Shown: piece after piece, positions 1-27,700 of the stretch | Position numbering within the stretch: the stretch's first letter is position 1 | Layout: the number at the start of each line of letters is the position of its first letter | DNA from: the human T2T-CHM13v2.0 reference genome, Homo sapiens | NCBI RefSeq assembly: GCF_009914755.1 | Contig: NC_060925.1 | DNA length: 64,000 nt | Strand: one strand, 5' to 3' | Notes under the pieces: model-generated | Seen by the model: only the letters and a program-made list of their open reading frames with translations | Told to the model about the DNA's origin: nothing | Databases searched by the model: none | Translations under genes and position numbers: made by a program

Positions 1-3000
1 CTGATCACCCAGGTGATGTAACAGTTTTATAAGCTCTGCCTAAAGGGAAATTGTGAGAGATCTCGCCACTGATCAGACAGGTGATGTAACTATTGTCTAG
101 GCTTTGCCTGCAGGGGGCTTTGTGACATACCTTTGCACTGATCGCCCAGGTGATGTAACTTATCCAAGTTCTTCCTACAGGAGCTTTGTGAGATATCTCT
201 GCACTGATCACTTAGGTGACGTAACACTTTTATAAGCACTGCCTACAGGGAATTTTGACAAATCTCTGCACTGATCACCTAGGTGATGTTACTCTTGTCT
301 ACCGTCTGCCCAAAGGGGGCATTGTGAAATATCTCTGTACTGGTCACCCAGGTGATTCAACTCTTGTCTAGGATCTGCCTACAGAAGGTATTGGGAAATA
401 TCTCTACTCTGATCAAGTAGGTGATGTATCTCTTTTCTAAGCTCTGCCTACAGGTGCGTTTTCACATATCCCTGAACAGAGGACAAAGGAGTTGTAACTC
501 TTGCCTAGGATTTGCCTACAGGGGACATTGTGACATATCTCTGCACTGATCAGCGAGGTGATGCAACTCTTCTCTATGCTCTGCCTACAGGGGACATTGT
601 GACATATCTCTGCACTGATCACCCAAGTGATGCAACTCTTCTCTATGCACTGCCTACAGGGGGCATTGTGACATATTTCTGCAAAGATCACCCAGGTGAT
701 ATAACTCTTTTCTAGTCTCTGCCTGCAGAGGTCGTTGTGACATCACTCTGCACGGATCACCTGGGTTATGTAACTCTTGTCTAGGCTCTTCCTACGGGGG
801 CATTGTGACTTATCTCTGCACTGATAAAAGAGGATATGTGACTCTTGTCTAAGCTCTGCCTAGACGGACATTTGGACATATCTCTGCGCTGATCACTGAG
901 GTGATGTAAAACTTGTCTAGGCTTTGCCTACAGTGGGATTTATGACATATCTCTGCACTGAACACCCAGGTGATGTAACTCTTCTCTAGGCTCTGCTTAC
1001 AGTGGGTATTGTGAGATATCTCTGCACTGATCACCCAGGAGATATAACTCTTTTATAGGCTCTGCCAATTGGGGCATTTTCACATATCACTGCACTGATC
1101 ACTGAGATGATGTAACTCTTGTATAGGCTTCGCCGACAGGGGGCATTGAGACATATCTCTGCACTGATCACAGAGGTGATGCAACTCTTGTCATGGATCT
1201 GCTTACAGGGGGCATTGTGACATATCTCTGCCCTGATCACCCAGGTGATGTAACTCTTGTCTAGGCTCTGCCTACTGGAGTCATTTTGACATATCTCCGC
1301 ACTGATTACCCAGGTGATGTCACATTTGTCAAGGATATGGCTACAGGGACATTGTGACATGTCACTGCACTGATCACACAGCTGATGTAACACTTGTCTA
1401 GGCTCTGGCTACAGGGGCTCGTGACATATCTCTGCACTGATCACCCAGGTGATGTAACCCTTGTCTAGGCTCTGCCAAAAGGGGATATTGTGACATAACT
1501 CTGCACTGATCACCCAGGTGATGGGACTCTTGTCTAGGCTCTGCCTACAGGGGCATTATGACATATATCTGCAGTGATAACGCAGGTGATGTAACTCTTG
1601 TCTATATCTGCCTACTGGCGACATTGGGGCATATTTCTGCACTGATCACCCAGGTGATGGATTCTTGTCTTGGATCTGCATATGGGGGCATACTGACATA
1701 TCTCTGCACTGATCACTCATGTGATGTAACTCTTGTCTAAGCTGCGCCTAAAGGGGAATTGTGATAGATATCTCCACTGATCACCCAGGCAATGGAACAA
1801 TTTTCTGGGATTTGTCTACAGAGGGCTTTGTGACATATCTTTGCACTGATCAGCCAGGAGATGTAACTCTTGTCTAGGCTCTGCCTACAGCGGCATTTTA
1901 ACATATCACTGCACTGATCAAAGAGATGATGTAACTCTTGTATAGGCATCGCTGACTGGGGGCATTGAGATATATCTCTGCACTGATCACCGACGTGACC
2001 CAACTCATGTCTGTGATCTCCTTACAGGGGTCATTGTGACATATCTCTGTCCTGGTCACCCAGGTGATGTAATTCTTGCCTAGGTTCTGCCTACTGGAGA
2101 CATTGTGATATATCTCTGCACTGATCACCCAGGTGTTGTCACTTTTGTCAAGGATATGGCTACAGGGGCATTGTGACATGTCACTGCACTGATCACACAG
2201 CTGATGTAACTCTTGTCTAGGCTCTGGCTACAGGGAGCTTGTGACATATCTCTGCAGTGACCACGGTGGTGATGTAACACTTGTCTATATCTACCTACTG
2301 GCCGCATTGTGGCATAGTTCTGCACTGATCACCCAGTTGATGGACTCTTGTCTTGGATCTGCATATGGGGGCATAGTGACATATCTCTGCACTGATCACT
2401 CATGTAATGTAACGCTTCTCTAAGCTGCGCCTTAAGAGGAATTATGACAGATATCTCCACTGATCACCCAGGTGATGTAACAATTTTCTGGGATTTGTCT
2501 ACAGGGGGCTTTGTGACATATCTTTGCACTGATCACAGAGGAGATGTAACTCTTGTCTAGGCTCGGCCTACAGGGGCTTTGTGACATATCTCTACACTGA
2601 TCACCCAGGTGATGTAACTCTTGTCTAGGCTCAACCTATAGGGGGTATTGTGACGTATCTATGCACTGATCACCGAAGTGATGTAACTCTTGTCTAGGCT
2701 CCACGTACAGGGTGTATTGTGACGTATCTCTGCACTGATCACCCAGGTGATGTAACATTTATCTGGGCTCTGTCTACGGGGGCGTTTTGACATAGCTCTG
2801 CACAGATCACCTAGGTTATGTAACTCTTGTCCACTCTCTGCCTACAGGGGGCATTGTGAAATATCTCTGCACTAATCACCCAGGTGATGGGACTCTTCTC
2901 TATACTCTTCCTAGAGGGGGGTTTGTGACATATCTTTCCACTGATCACCCAGCAGGTGGAAGTCTTGTCTAGGCTCTGTCTATGGGGGCATTGTGTCAAA

Positions 3001-4146
3001 TATCTGCACTTATCACCCAGGTGATGTAACTCTTGTCTAGGCTCTGTGTACAGGGATTTTTGTGACATATTACTGCACTGATCACCGTGGTGATGTAAGC
3101 CCTGTATGGGCTTTGCCTATAGAAGGCTTTAAGACATACCTATGCACTGATCTCTGAGGTGATGCAACTCTTGTCTAGGCTCTGCCTACAGGGGACATTG
3201 GTATGTATCTCTGCACTGATCACCTTGGTGATTGGCTGTTGTCTTAGATCTGCCTATGCGGACATTGCGACACATCTCTGAACTGATCAACCAAGTGATG
3301 AAACTCTTGTCTAGGCGCTGCCTACAGGGGCTTTGTGACACATCTCTGCACTGATCACCCTTGGGAGGGTACTATTGTCTACGCTCTGCCTTCAGGAGGC
3401 TTTACGACTTATACCTGCACTGATAAGCTAGGTGATGTAACACTTGTCTAGGCTCTGTCTACATGGGAATTCTCACATATCTCTGCACTGATCACCCAGG
3501 TGATGTAACTGCTGTCGTGGTTCAGCCTACAGGAGCGTTTTGACATATCTCTGCACTGATCACCCAGGTGATGTAACCCTTGTCTAATCTCTGCCTACAG
3601 GGGCATTGTGACAGATCTCTCCACTGCTCACCCAGGTGATGTAACAATTGTCTGGACTTTGCCAACAGGGGGCTTTGTGATATACATATCCACTAATCAA
3701 ACAGGTGATGTAACACTTGTCAAGGTTCTGCTTACAAGGGCTTTGTGACATTGCTCTGCACTGATCACCCCAGGAGGAAACACTTGTCTATATTCTGCCT
3801 ACAGAGACTTTACGACTTATTCCTGCCCTGATCACTAGGTGATGTAACACTTGTCTAGGCTCTGTCTACACGGGAATTTTCACATATATCTACACTGATC
3901 ACCTAAGTGATGTAACCCTTCTCTAGGTTCAGCCTACTGGGGATTTCTGAAATACATATGCACTGATCACCGAGGTGATGTAAATCATTTCCAGGCTTTT
4001 TGTACAGGGGACATTGTGATATATCTCTGCACTGAACACCCAAATGATGCACATCTTCTCTAGGCTCCGCAGGGAGGGGGCATTGTGATATATTTCTGAA
4101 CTGAACATCCAGGAGATGTAACTATTCTCCAGGCTTTGACTAAAGA
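1..4146 (-). repeat. Beta satellite (68-bp Sau3A/BSR) tandem array, block 1
   Basis: ~68-bp periodic monomers (ctctgcactgatcacccaggtgatgtaactcttgtctaggctctgcctacaggggcattgtgacatat), the reverse complement of the beta-satellite consensus; runs off the window start. Confidence 0.96.
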
Positions 4147-4848
4147 GAGTCGGAAAGTGTTGGGAGAGCCTCAGGAGGAATTTCACGGATGGATAAGGGC
4201 ACAGAAGAGGCCACCAGGCTCCCTTGAACAACAGCCAGGATGCGCAATGAGCGCAGATCTAGCCAGGAGGCTGGCAAAGAGAGCTAGAGGTCTGTGTTCT
4301 GCCACCAGGCGCTCCATGGTGGCAGCTGGGAGGCTGCAGGGGTACGGGTGGGCCGGCGATGGTGGCGTGGAGGCACAGAGGAGGAAAGCCGCCGGAAGGG
4401 TGTCAGGCCTGGACGCTGCACTGGCCCAGTGTTTGACGGGATGGATGTCTCCAACCAGCCCATGGGAGGACGCATTTTCCGGGTTTGGGGGTGGGGGTTG
4501 GGAAGGGGTGGTCAGGCGGGGGTGGGTTGGTGGAAAGGCATGAGAGCTCTGCCCGGGCTGCTGCCACAGCCCAGGTGGCTGCCCGCATACCCACGCGTGC
4601 ACAGTAGGAGGCCCACCTCCTGGTACCTGGCCCGGCTCTGAGATCCCCGGGATGCCCAGGAAAGAATGGCAGTTCTCTGCTCTGTGGAGTCTCTCACCGG
4701 GCCTAGACCAAGAAGGCAGGAATCCCAGGCCGGTCAGCCGTGTGGAGGGTGCGGGGGGAAGACACGCCCCTTCATAGCGAGCCAGGTGTTCCCCGCGAAA
4801 AAGAGGCCACCGCCCTGATCCAACCCGATCCCGTCCCATACCGGCGTC

Positions 4849-14481
<9,633 letters not shown>

Positions 14482-17400
14482 ACACATGTCTGAACTGATA
14501 AACAAAGTGATGTAAATCTTGTCTAGGCTCTGCCTACGGGGGCTTTGTGACATATCTCTAAAGCTATCACCCAGGTGATGTAATTCTTGTGTTACATCTG
14601 CCTATGGGGGCATTGTGACATATTTCTGCACTGATCACCCAGGTGATGGGACCCTTGTCTGGGCTCTGTGTAAGGGGACTTTGTGATATATCTCTGCACT
14701 GAACAGCCAGGTGATGTAACGCTTGACTAGGCTCTGACTATGGAGCATAGTGACATATCACTGCATTGATCACCGAGGTGATGTAACTCTTGTCTAGGCT
14801 CTGCCTATAGGGGGCATTGTGACATATCTCTACACTGATCAACTAGGAGATGTAACTCTTGCTTACGCTCTGCCTGCAGGGGCATTGTGAAATATCTCTG
14901 CACTGATCACCCAGGTGATGGGACTATTCTCTAGGCTGTGCCTACTGGGGGCATTGTCACATATTTCTGCACTGATCACCCAGGTGACAGACTCTTGTCT
15001 TGGATTCGCCTATGGAGGCATTGTGACATATTTCTGCACTGATCACCCAGGTGATGTAACTCTGGTCTAAGCTCTGCCTAAAGGGGCATAGTGACAGATC
15101 TCTGCACTGATCACTCAGGTGATGTAACTATTGTCTAGGCTCTACTTAAAGGGGCCTCATCACATATCTCTGCAATGATCACCCAGATGATGTAACTTTT
15201 GTCTAGGCTCTGCTTACAGGGGGTATTGCGACATATCTCTGCAATGATCACCTGAGTGATGTAACACTTGTGTAGGCTCTGCCTACAGGCACATCTTGAT
15301 ATATCTCTCCACTGTTAACCAAGGTGATGTAACATTTGTCTAGGCTGTGCCCACAGGGCGATTGAGACATATCTCTGCACTGAACCCGAGGTGATCCAAA
15401 TCTTGCCTGGTATCTGCCTACTGGGGACATTGTGAAATATCTCTGCACTGATCTCCCAGGTGCTGTATCTTTCGTCTAGGCTCTGCTTACACTGCATTGT
15501 GACATATCACTGCACTGATCACCCAGGTGATATTACTCTTGTCTAGGCTCTGCCTACAGGGGGCTTGTGAAATATATCTGCACTGATCACCCAGGTGATA
15601 TAACTCTTCTCTAGGATCTGCCTACAAGGTGATTTGTGACATATCGCTGCAATGATCACCCAGGTGATGTAACTGTTGTATTAGTTCTGCCTACAGGAGA
15701 ACTGTGAGAGATCTCGCCACTGATCACCCAAGTGATGTAACTATTGCCAAGGCTTTGCCTCCAGGGGGCTTTGTGACATATCTTTGCACTGATCCCCCAG
15801 GTGATGTAACTCATCAAAGTTCTGCCTACAGGAGCTTTGTGACATATCTCTGCACTTATCACTTAGGTGATTTAACACTTTTATAAGAACTGTCTACAGG
15901 GAATTTTGACAAATCTCTGCACTGATCACCTAGGTGATGTAACCCTTTTCTACCCTCTGCCCAAAGGGGGCATTGTGAAATATCACTGCACTGATCACCC
16001 AGGTGATTCAACTCTTGTCTAGGATCTCCCTACAGGGGTTATTGTGAAATACCTCTGCACTGATAAACTAGGTGATGTAACTCTTGTCTAGGCTCTGCCT
16101 CCAGGATTGTTTTCACATATCCCTGAACTGATGACAAAGGTGATGTAACTCTTGCTTAGGCTTTGCCTACAGGGAACATTGTGACATATCTCTGCACTGA
16201 TCACCCAGGTGATGCAACTCTTCTCTATGCTCTGCCTACAGGGGCATTGTGACATATCTCTGCACTGATCACCCAGGTGATGGAACTCTTTTCTAGTCTC
16301 TGCCTACAGAGGGTGTTGTGACATCACTCTGCATGGATCACTCTGGTTATGTAACTCTTGTCTAGGCTCTGCCTACGGGGGCATTGTGACTTATCTGTGC
16401 ACTGATCACCCAGGAGTTGTGACACTTGTCTAAGCTCTGCCTAGAGGGACATTGGGACATATCTCTGCACTGATCGCTGAGGTGATGTAAAACTTGTCTA
16501 AGCTTTGCCTACAGAGGGATTTATGACCTATCTCTGCACTGATCACCCAGGTGATCTAACTCTTGTCTATGCTCTGCTTACAGGGGTATTGTGAGATATC
16601 TCTGCACTGATCACCCAGGTGATGTAACACTTGTGTAGGCTCTGCCTACATGGGCATTTTAACATATCACTGCACTGATCACCGAGAAGATGTAACTCTT
16701 TTATAGGCTTCGCTGACAGGAGGCATTGAGACATATCTCTGCACTGATCACCGAGGTGAGGCAACTCTTGTCTGGGATCTGCTTACAGGCGGCATTGTGA
16801 CATGTCTCTTCCCTGATCAACCAGGTGATGTAACTCTTGTCTAGGCTCTGCCTACTGGAGACATTGTGACACAACTCCGCACTGATTACCCAGGTGATGT
16901 CACTTTTGTCAAGGATATGGTTATAGAGATATTGTGACATGTCACTGCACTGATCACACAGCTCATGTAACTCTTCTGTAGGCCCTGGCTATAAGGGGCT
17001 TGTGACACATCTCTGCACTTATCACCCAGGTAATGTAACCCTTTTCTAGGCTCTGCCAAAAGGGGGCATTGTCACATAACTCTGCATTGATCACCCAGGT
17101 GATGGGACTCTACTCTAGGCTCTGCCTACAGGGACATTTTTACATATCTCTGCAGTGATCACACAGGTGATGTAACTCTTGTCTATATCTGCCTACTGGC
17201 GTCATTGTGGCATATTTCTGCACTGATCACGCAGGTGATGGACTCTTGTCTTGAATCTGCCTACGGGGGCATAGTGACATATCTCTGCACTGATCACTCA
17301 TGTGATGTAACGCTTGTATAAGCTGGGCCTAAAGGGGAATTGTGACAGATATCTCCATTGATCACACAGGTGATGTAGCAATTTTCTCGGATTTGCCTAC

Positions 17401-19044
17401 AGGGGGCTTTGTGACATATTTTTGCACTGATCACCCAGGAGATGTAACACTTTTCTAAGCTCTGCCTACAGGTGATTTGTGACATAATTCTGCACTGATC
17501 GCTAAGGTGATATAACTCTTGTTTAGGCTCTGCCTACAGGGGCTTTGTGACATATCTCTGTACTGATCACCCAGGTGATGTAACTCTTGTCTAGGCTCCA
17601 CCTACTTTGGGTATTGTGAGGTATCTCTGCACTGATCACCCAGGTGATGTAACATTTATCTTGGCTCTGCCTACAGGGGCGTTTTGACATAGCTCTGCAC
17701 AGATCAACTAGGTTACGTAACTCTTTTCCACTCTCTGCCTACAGGGGGCATTGTGAAATATCTCTGCACTGATCACCCAGGTGATGGGACTGTTCTCTAT
17801 ACTCTGCCTAGAGGGGGAATTGTGACATATCTCTGCACTGATCACACAGGTGATGGAAGTCTTGTCTATGCTCTGTCTATGGGGGCATTGTGTCAAATAT
17901 CTGCACTGATCATCCAGGTGATGTAACTCATGTGTAGGTTCTGTCTACAGGGATTTTTGTGACATATCACTGCACTGATCACCTAGGTGATGTAAGCCTT
18001 GTATGGGTTTTGCCTACAGAAGGGTTTGTGACATATCTATGCACTGATCTGTGAGGTGATGCAACTCTTGTCTAGGCACTGCCTGGAGGGGAAATTGGTA
18101 CATATCTCTGCACTGATCACCCAGGTGATGGACTCTTGTCTTAGATCTGCCTACATGGACATTGTGACACATCTCTGAACTAATCAACCAAGTAACGAAA
18201 CTCTTGTCTGGGCTCTGCCTACAGGGCTTTGTGACACAATTTTGCACTGATTACCCTGATGAGGGAACTCTTGTCTACGCTCTGCCTACAGGAGGCTTTA
18301 TGATTTATACCTGCACTGATAACCTAGGTGTTGTAACACTTGTCTAGCCTCTGCCTACACCGGAATTCTCACATATCTCTGCACTGATCACCCGGGTGAT
18401 GTAACTCCTGTCTACTTTCAGCCTACAGGAGCGTTTTGACATATCTCTGCAGTGATCACCCAGGTGATGTAACCCTTGTCTATGCTCTGCCTACAGGGGC
18501 ATTGTGACAGATCTCTCCACTGCTCACCCAGGTGATGTAACAATTGTCTGGGCTTTGCCTACAGGGCGCTTTGTGATTTACATTTCCACTGATCAAACAG
18601 GTGATATAATGCTTGTCAATGTTCTGCTTACAGGGGCTTTGTGACATATCTCTGCAATGATCACCCCAGGGAGGAAACACTTGTCTACACTCTGCCTACA
18701 GGATTCTTTACGACTTATCCCTGCACTGATCACTAGGTGATGTAACACTTGTCTAGGCTCTGTCTACACGGGGATTTTCACATATCTCTACACTGTTCAC
18801 CTAAGTGATGTAACGCTTTTATAGGTTGAGCCTACTGGGGATTTCTGACATACCTATGCACTGATCACCGAGGTGATGTAAATAATTTCTAGGCTTTTTG
18901 TACGGGGGACATTGTGATATATCTCTGCACTGCCCACCCAAATGATGCAAATCTTCTCTAGGCTCTGCAGGGAGGGGGCATTGTGACATATTTCTGAACC
19001 GATCGTCCAAGAGATATAACTATTCTCCAGGCTCTGACTAAAGA
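14482..19044 (-). repeat. Beta satellite array, block 3
   Basis: Continuous ~68-bp monomers, minus orientation. Confidence 0.96.
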
Positions 19045-21766
<2,722 letters not shown>

Positions 21767-24700
21767 ACACATCTCTGAACTGATCAACAAAGTGATGTAA
21801 CTCTTGTCTAGGCTCTGTCCTCAGGGGCTTTGTGACATATCTCTGCACTGATCACCCAGGTGATGGGACTTTTGTCTAGGTTCTGCCTATGGGACATTGT
21901 GCATATCTCTACATTGATCACCCAGGTGATGTAATTCTTGTGTTGGATCTGCCTATGGGGGCATTGTGACATATATCTGGACTTATCACCCAGTGATGGG
22001 ACTCTGGTCTAGGCTCTGTGTATAAGGGCTTTGTGACCTATCTCTGCACTGATCACCCAGGTGATGTAACGCTTGACTAGGCTCTGCCTACGGGGCATAG
22101 TGACAGATCACTTCATTGATCACCGGGGTGATGTAACTCTTGTCCAGGTTCTGTCTATAGGGGGCATTGTGACATATCTCTGCACTGATCATCTAGGTGA
22201 TGAAACACTTGCTTACGCTCTGCCTGCAGGGACATTGTTATATATCTCTGCACTGATCACCCAGGTGATGGGACTCTTCTCTAGGCTCTGCCTATTGGGG
22301 GCATTGTCACATATTTCTGCAATGATCACCCAGGTGACGGATTCTTGTCTTGGATTTGCCTATGGGGGCATTGTGACATATCTCTGCACTGATCGCCCAG
22401 GTGATGTAACTCTGATCCAAGCTCTGCCTAAAGGGGTATTGTGACAGATATGTGCACTGATCACTCAGGTGACGTAACTATTGTCTAGGCTCTGCTTAAA
22501 GGGGCCTTGTTACATATCTCTGCACTGATCACCCAGATGATGTAACTATTGTCTAGGCTCTTCTTACAGTGGGTATTGTGACATATCTCTGCACTGATCA
22601 CCTAAGTGATGTAACTCTTGTGTAGGCTCGGCCTACAGGGGCATTTTGACATATCTCTGCACTGTTAAACGAGGTTGTGTAACTCTTGTCTAGGCTGTGC
22701 CCACAGGGAGATAGAGACATATCTCTGCACTGATCCCGAAGTGATCCAACTCTTGCCTGGTCTCTGACTACTGGGGACATTGTGACATATCTCAGCACTG
22801 ATCTCCCAGGTGCTGTAACTTTGGTCTAGGCTCTGGCTGCACGGCATTGTGACATATCACTGCACTGATGACCCAGGTGATATAACTCTTGTCTAGGCTC
22901 TGCCTACAGTGGGGTTGTGACATATCCCTGCAATGATCACCCAAGTGATGTACCACTTGTCAAGGCTCTCCCTACAGGGACATTGCGATGTAACTCTGCA
23001 TTGATCACCTAGGTCATGTAACTCTTGTCTAGGCTCTGCCTACAGTGGCATTGTGACATATCTCTGCACTGATCATCCAAGTGATGTAACGCTTGTCTAG
23101 GATCTGCCTAAAGGGAATTTGTGACATAACTCTGCACTGATCATCCAGGTGATGGAGCTTTTGTCTAGGCTATGCGTAAGTTGGCATTGTGACATATTTC
23201 TGCACTGATCACCCAGGTGACGGACTCTTGTCTCGGATCTGCCTATGGGGGCATTGTGACATATCTCTGCACTGATCACTCAGGTGACGTAACTGTTGTA
23301 TAAGCTCTGCCTACAGGGGAATTGTGAGAGATCTCGCCAATGATGACCCAAGTGATGTAACTATTATTTAGGCTTTGCCTACAGGGGGCTTTGTGACAAA
23401 CCTTTGCACTGATCACCCAGGTGATGTAACTTATCTAATTTCTGCTTACAGGAGCATTGTGTCATATCTCTGCACTGATCATCTAGGTGATGTAACGATT
23501 TTATAAACACTGCCTACAGGGAATTTTAACAAATCTCTGCACTGATCACATTTTTGATGTAACTCTTGTCTACCCTCTGTCCAAAGGGGGCATTGTGAAA
23601 TATCTCTGCCTGATCACCCAGGTGATTCAACTCTTGTCTAGGATCTGCCTACAAGCGGTATTGTGAAATATCTCTGCACTGATCATCTAGGTGATGTAAA
23701 TCTTGTCTAGGCTCTGCCTACAGGGGCGATTTCACCTATCCCTGAACCGATGACAAAGGTGATGTAACTCTTGCCTAGGCTTTGCCTACAGGGTACATTG
23801 TGACATATCTCTGCAGTGATCACCCAGGTGATGCAACTCTTCTCCATGCTCTGCCTACAGGGGACATTGTGACATATGTCTGCATTGACCACACAGGTGA
23901 TGCAACTCTTCTCTATGCTCTGCCTACAGGTGGCATTGTGACGTATCTCTGCACTGATCACCCAGGTGATGTAACTCTTTTCTATTCTCTGCCTACAGAG
24001 GGCGTTGTGACATCCCACTGCACGGATCACCTGGGTTATGTAACTCTTTTCTAGGCTCTGCCTACGGGGGCATTCTGACTTATCTCTGCACTGATCACCC
24101 AGGAGATGTGATTCTTGTCTAAGCTCTGCCTAAAGGGACATTGGGACATATCTCTGCACTGATCACTGAGGTGATGTAAAACTTGTCTAGGCTTTGCCTA
24201 CAGTGGGATTTATGACATATCCCTGCACTGATCACCCAGGTTATGTAACTCTTGTCTAAGCTCTGCTTACAGGGGGTATTGTGAGATAAATCTGCACTGA
24301 TCACCCAGGTGATGTAACTGTTGTCCAGGCTCAGCCTATAGGGGGTCTTGTGACATATCTCTGCACTGATCATCTACGTGATGTAACTCTTGCTTACACA
24401 CTGCCTGCAGGGGCATTGTGACATATCTCTGCACTGATCACCCAGGTAATAGGACACTTTTCAAGGCTCTGCCTACTGGGGTCATCATCACATAATTCTG
24501 CACAGATCACCCAGGGTATGGACTCTTGTCTTGGATTTGCCTATGGGGGCATTGTGACATATCTCTGCACTGATCACCCAGGTGATGTAACTCTTGTCTA
24601 AGCTCTGCCTAAATGGGCATTGTGACAGATCTCTGCACTGATCACTCAGGTGATGTAACTATTGTCTAGGCTCTGCTTAAAGGGGCATTATCACATATCT

Positions 24701-27700
24701 CTGCACTGATCACCCAGGTGCTATAACGCTTGACTAGGCTCTGCCTACAGGGCATAGTGACATATCACTGCATTGATCACTGAATTGATGTAACTCTTGT
24801 CCAGGATCTGCCTATAGAGGGCCTTGTGAGATATCTCTGCACTGATCAACTAGGTGATGTAACTCTTGCTTGTGCTCTGCCTGCAGGAGCATTGGGAAAT
24901 ATCTCTGCACTGATCACCCAGGTGATGGAACTCTAGGCTCTGTGTACTGGGGGCATTGTCACATATTTCTGCAGTGATCTCCCAGGTGACGGACTCTTGT
25001 CTTGGATTTGCCTATGGGGACATTGTGACATATCTCTGCGCTGATCACTCAGGTGATGCAACTCTGGTCCAAGCTCTGCCTAAAGGGCTATTGTGACAGA
25101 TCTCTGCACTAATCACTCACTTGATGTAACTATTGTCTAGGCTCTGCTTAAGGGGGCTTGTCACATATCTCTTCACTGATCACCCAGGTGATGTAACTCT
25201 TGTCTAGGCTATGCTTACAGGGGGTATTGAGACATATCTCTGCACTGATCACCCAGGTTATATAACTCTTCTCTAGGATCTGAATACAGGGTGCTTTGTG
25301 ATATATCCCTGTAATGTTCACCCCGGTGATGTACCAGTTGTCAAGGCTCTACATACAGGGGCATTGCGATGTATCTCTGCACTGATCACCTAGGTCATGT
25401 AACACTTGTCTAGGCTCTGCCTACAGTGGCATTGTGACATATCCCTGCACTGATCACCCAGGTGGTGTAACCCTTTTCTAAGATATGCCTACAGGGTACT
25501 TTGAGACATATCCCTGCAATGATCACCCAGGTGATGTACCGCTTGTCAAGGCTCTGCCTACAGGGACATAGCGAAGTATCTCCTCACTGATCACCTAGGT
25601 CATGTAACTCTTGCATTGTGACATATCTCTGCACTGAACACCCAAGTGATGTAACTCTTCTCTAGGATCTACCTGAAGGCACCTTGTGACATAACTCTGC
25701 ACTGATCATCCAGGTGTTGGGGATTTTTTCTAGTCTCTGCCTAAGGGAGGATTGTGACGTATTTCTGCACTGACCACCCAGGTGACGTACACTTGTCTTG
25801 GATCTGCCTATGGGGGCATTGGGACATATCTCTGCACTGATTGCTGAGGTGATGTAAAACTTCTCTAGGCTTTGCATACAATGAGATTTATGATATATCG
25901 CTACAATGATCACCCAGGTGATGTAACTCTTGTCTAGGCTCTGCTTACAGGGAATATTGTGAGATATCTCTGCACTGGTCAACCAGGTGATGTAACTCTT
26001 GCCTAGGCTCTGCCTACAGGGGCATTTTCACATATCACTGCACTGAACACCGAGATGATGTGACTCTTGTATAGGCTTCGCTCACAGGGGACATTGAGAC
26101 ATATCTCTGCACTGACCACCGAGATGATGCAACTCTTTTCTGGGATCTGCTTACAGGGGGCATTGTGACATATCTCTTCCCTGATCCCCCAGGTGATGTA
26201 ACTCTTGTCTAGGCTCTGCCTACTGGAGACATTGTGATGTATCTCAGCACTGATCACCCAGGTGATGTAAGTTTTGTCAAAGATATGGCTACAGGGACTT
26301 TGTGACATGTCACTGCACTGATCACACAGTTGATGTAACAGTTTTCTAGGCTCTGGCTACAGGAGGCTTGTGACACATCTCTGCACTGATCATCCAGGTG
26401 ACGTAACCCTTGTCTAGGCTCTGCCAAAAGGGGGCATTGTGACCTAACTCTGCACTGATCACCCAGGTGATGGGACACTTGTCTAGGCTCTGCCTACAGG
26501 GGCATTGTGAAATATCTCTGCAGTGATCATGCAGGTGATGTAACTCTTGTCTATATCTGCCTACTGGCGGCACTGTGGCATATTTCTGCACTGATCACCC
26601 AGGTGATGGACTCTTGTCTTGGATCTGCCTATGGGGGCATAGTGACATATCTCTGCACTAATCACTCATGTGATGTAACCCTTGTCTATGCTGCGACTAA
26701 AGGGGAATTGTTACAGATGTCTCTAATGATCACCGAGGTGATGTAACAATTTTCTGGGATTTGTCTACAGGGGGCTTTGTGACATATCTTTGTACTGATC
26801 ACCCAGGAGATGTAACTCTTGTCTAGGTTCGGCCTACAGGGGCTTTGTGACATGTTTGTGCACTGATCACCCCGGTGATGTAACTCTTGTCTAGGCTCCG
26901 CCTACAGAGGCTTTGTGACCTATATGTGTACTTATCACCCAGGTAATGTAAGTCTTGTCTAGGCTCCACCTACTGGGGTTATTGTGACGTATCTCTGCAC
27001 TGATCACCCAGGTGATATAACAGTTATCTAGGCTCTGCCTACAGGGGAGTTTTGACATAGCTCTGCAAAGGTCACCTAGTTTCTGTAACTCTTGTCCACT
27101 CTCTACCTACAGAGGGCATTGTGAAATATCTCTGCACTGATCACCTAGGTGATGGGACTCTTCTCTACACTCTGCCTGGAGGGAGATTTCTGGCATATCT
27201 CTGCACTGATCACCGAGGTGATGGAAGTCTTGTCTGGGCTCTCTCTAGGGGGCATTGTGTCAAATATCTGCACTGATCACCCAGGTGATGTACCTCTTTT
27301 CTAGGCTCTGTCTACAGGGATTTTTGTGACATACCATTGCACTGATCACCTAAGTGATGTAAGCCTTTTATGGGCTTTGCCTACAGAAGAATTTGTGACA
27401 TATCTATGCACTGATCTCTGAGGTGATGCAACTCTTCTATAGGCACTGCCTACATGGTACATTGGTATATAACTCTGCACTGATAACCCAGGTGATGGAC
27501 TCTTGTCTTAGATCTGCCTACATGGACACTGTGACACATCTCTGAACTGATCAACGAAGTGATGAAACTCTTGTCTAGGCTCTGCCTCCAGGGGCTTTGT
27601 GACACATCTCTGCACTGATCACCATGGGGAGGGATCTCTTGTCTACCCTCTGCCTACAGGAGGCTTTATGACTTACACCTGCACTGATAACTAAGATGAT

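Noticed and set aside
1-4146. Many short Cys/His/Ile-rich ORFs (ITWVISAEICHNAPCRQSLDKSY...) in satellite blocks, superficially like zinc-finger repeats
   Set aside because: They are translations of the 68-bp monomer. The period is not a multiple of 3, frames shift between monomers, stops are frequent and there is no C2H2 spacing.
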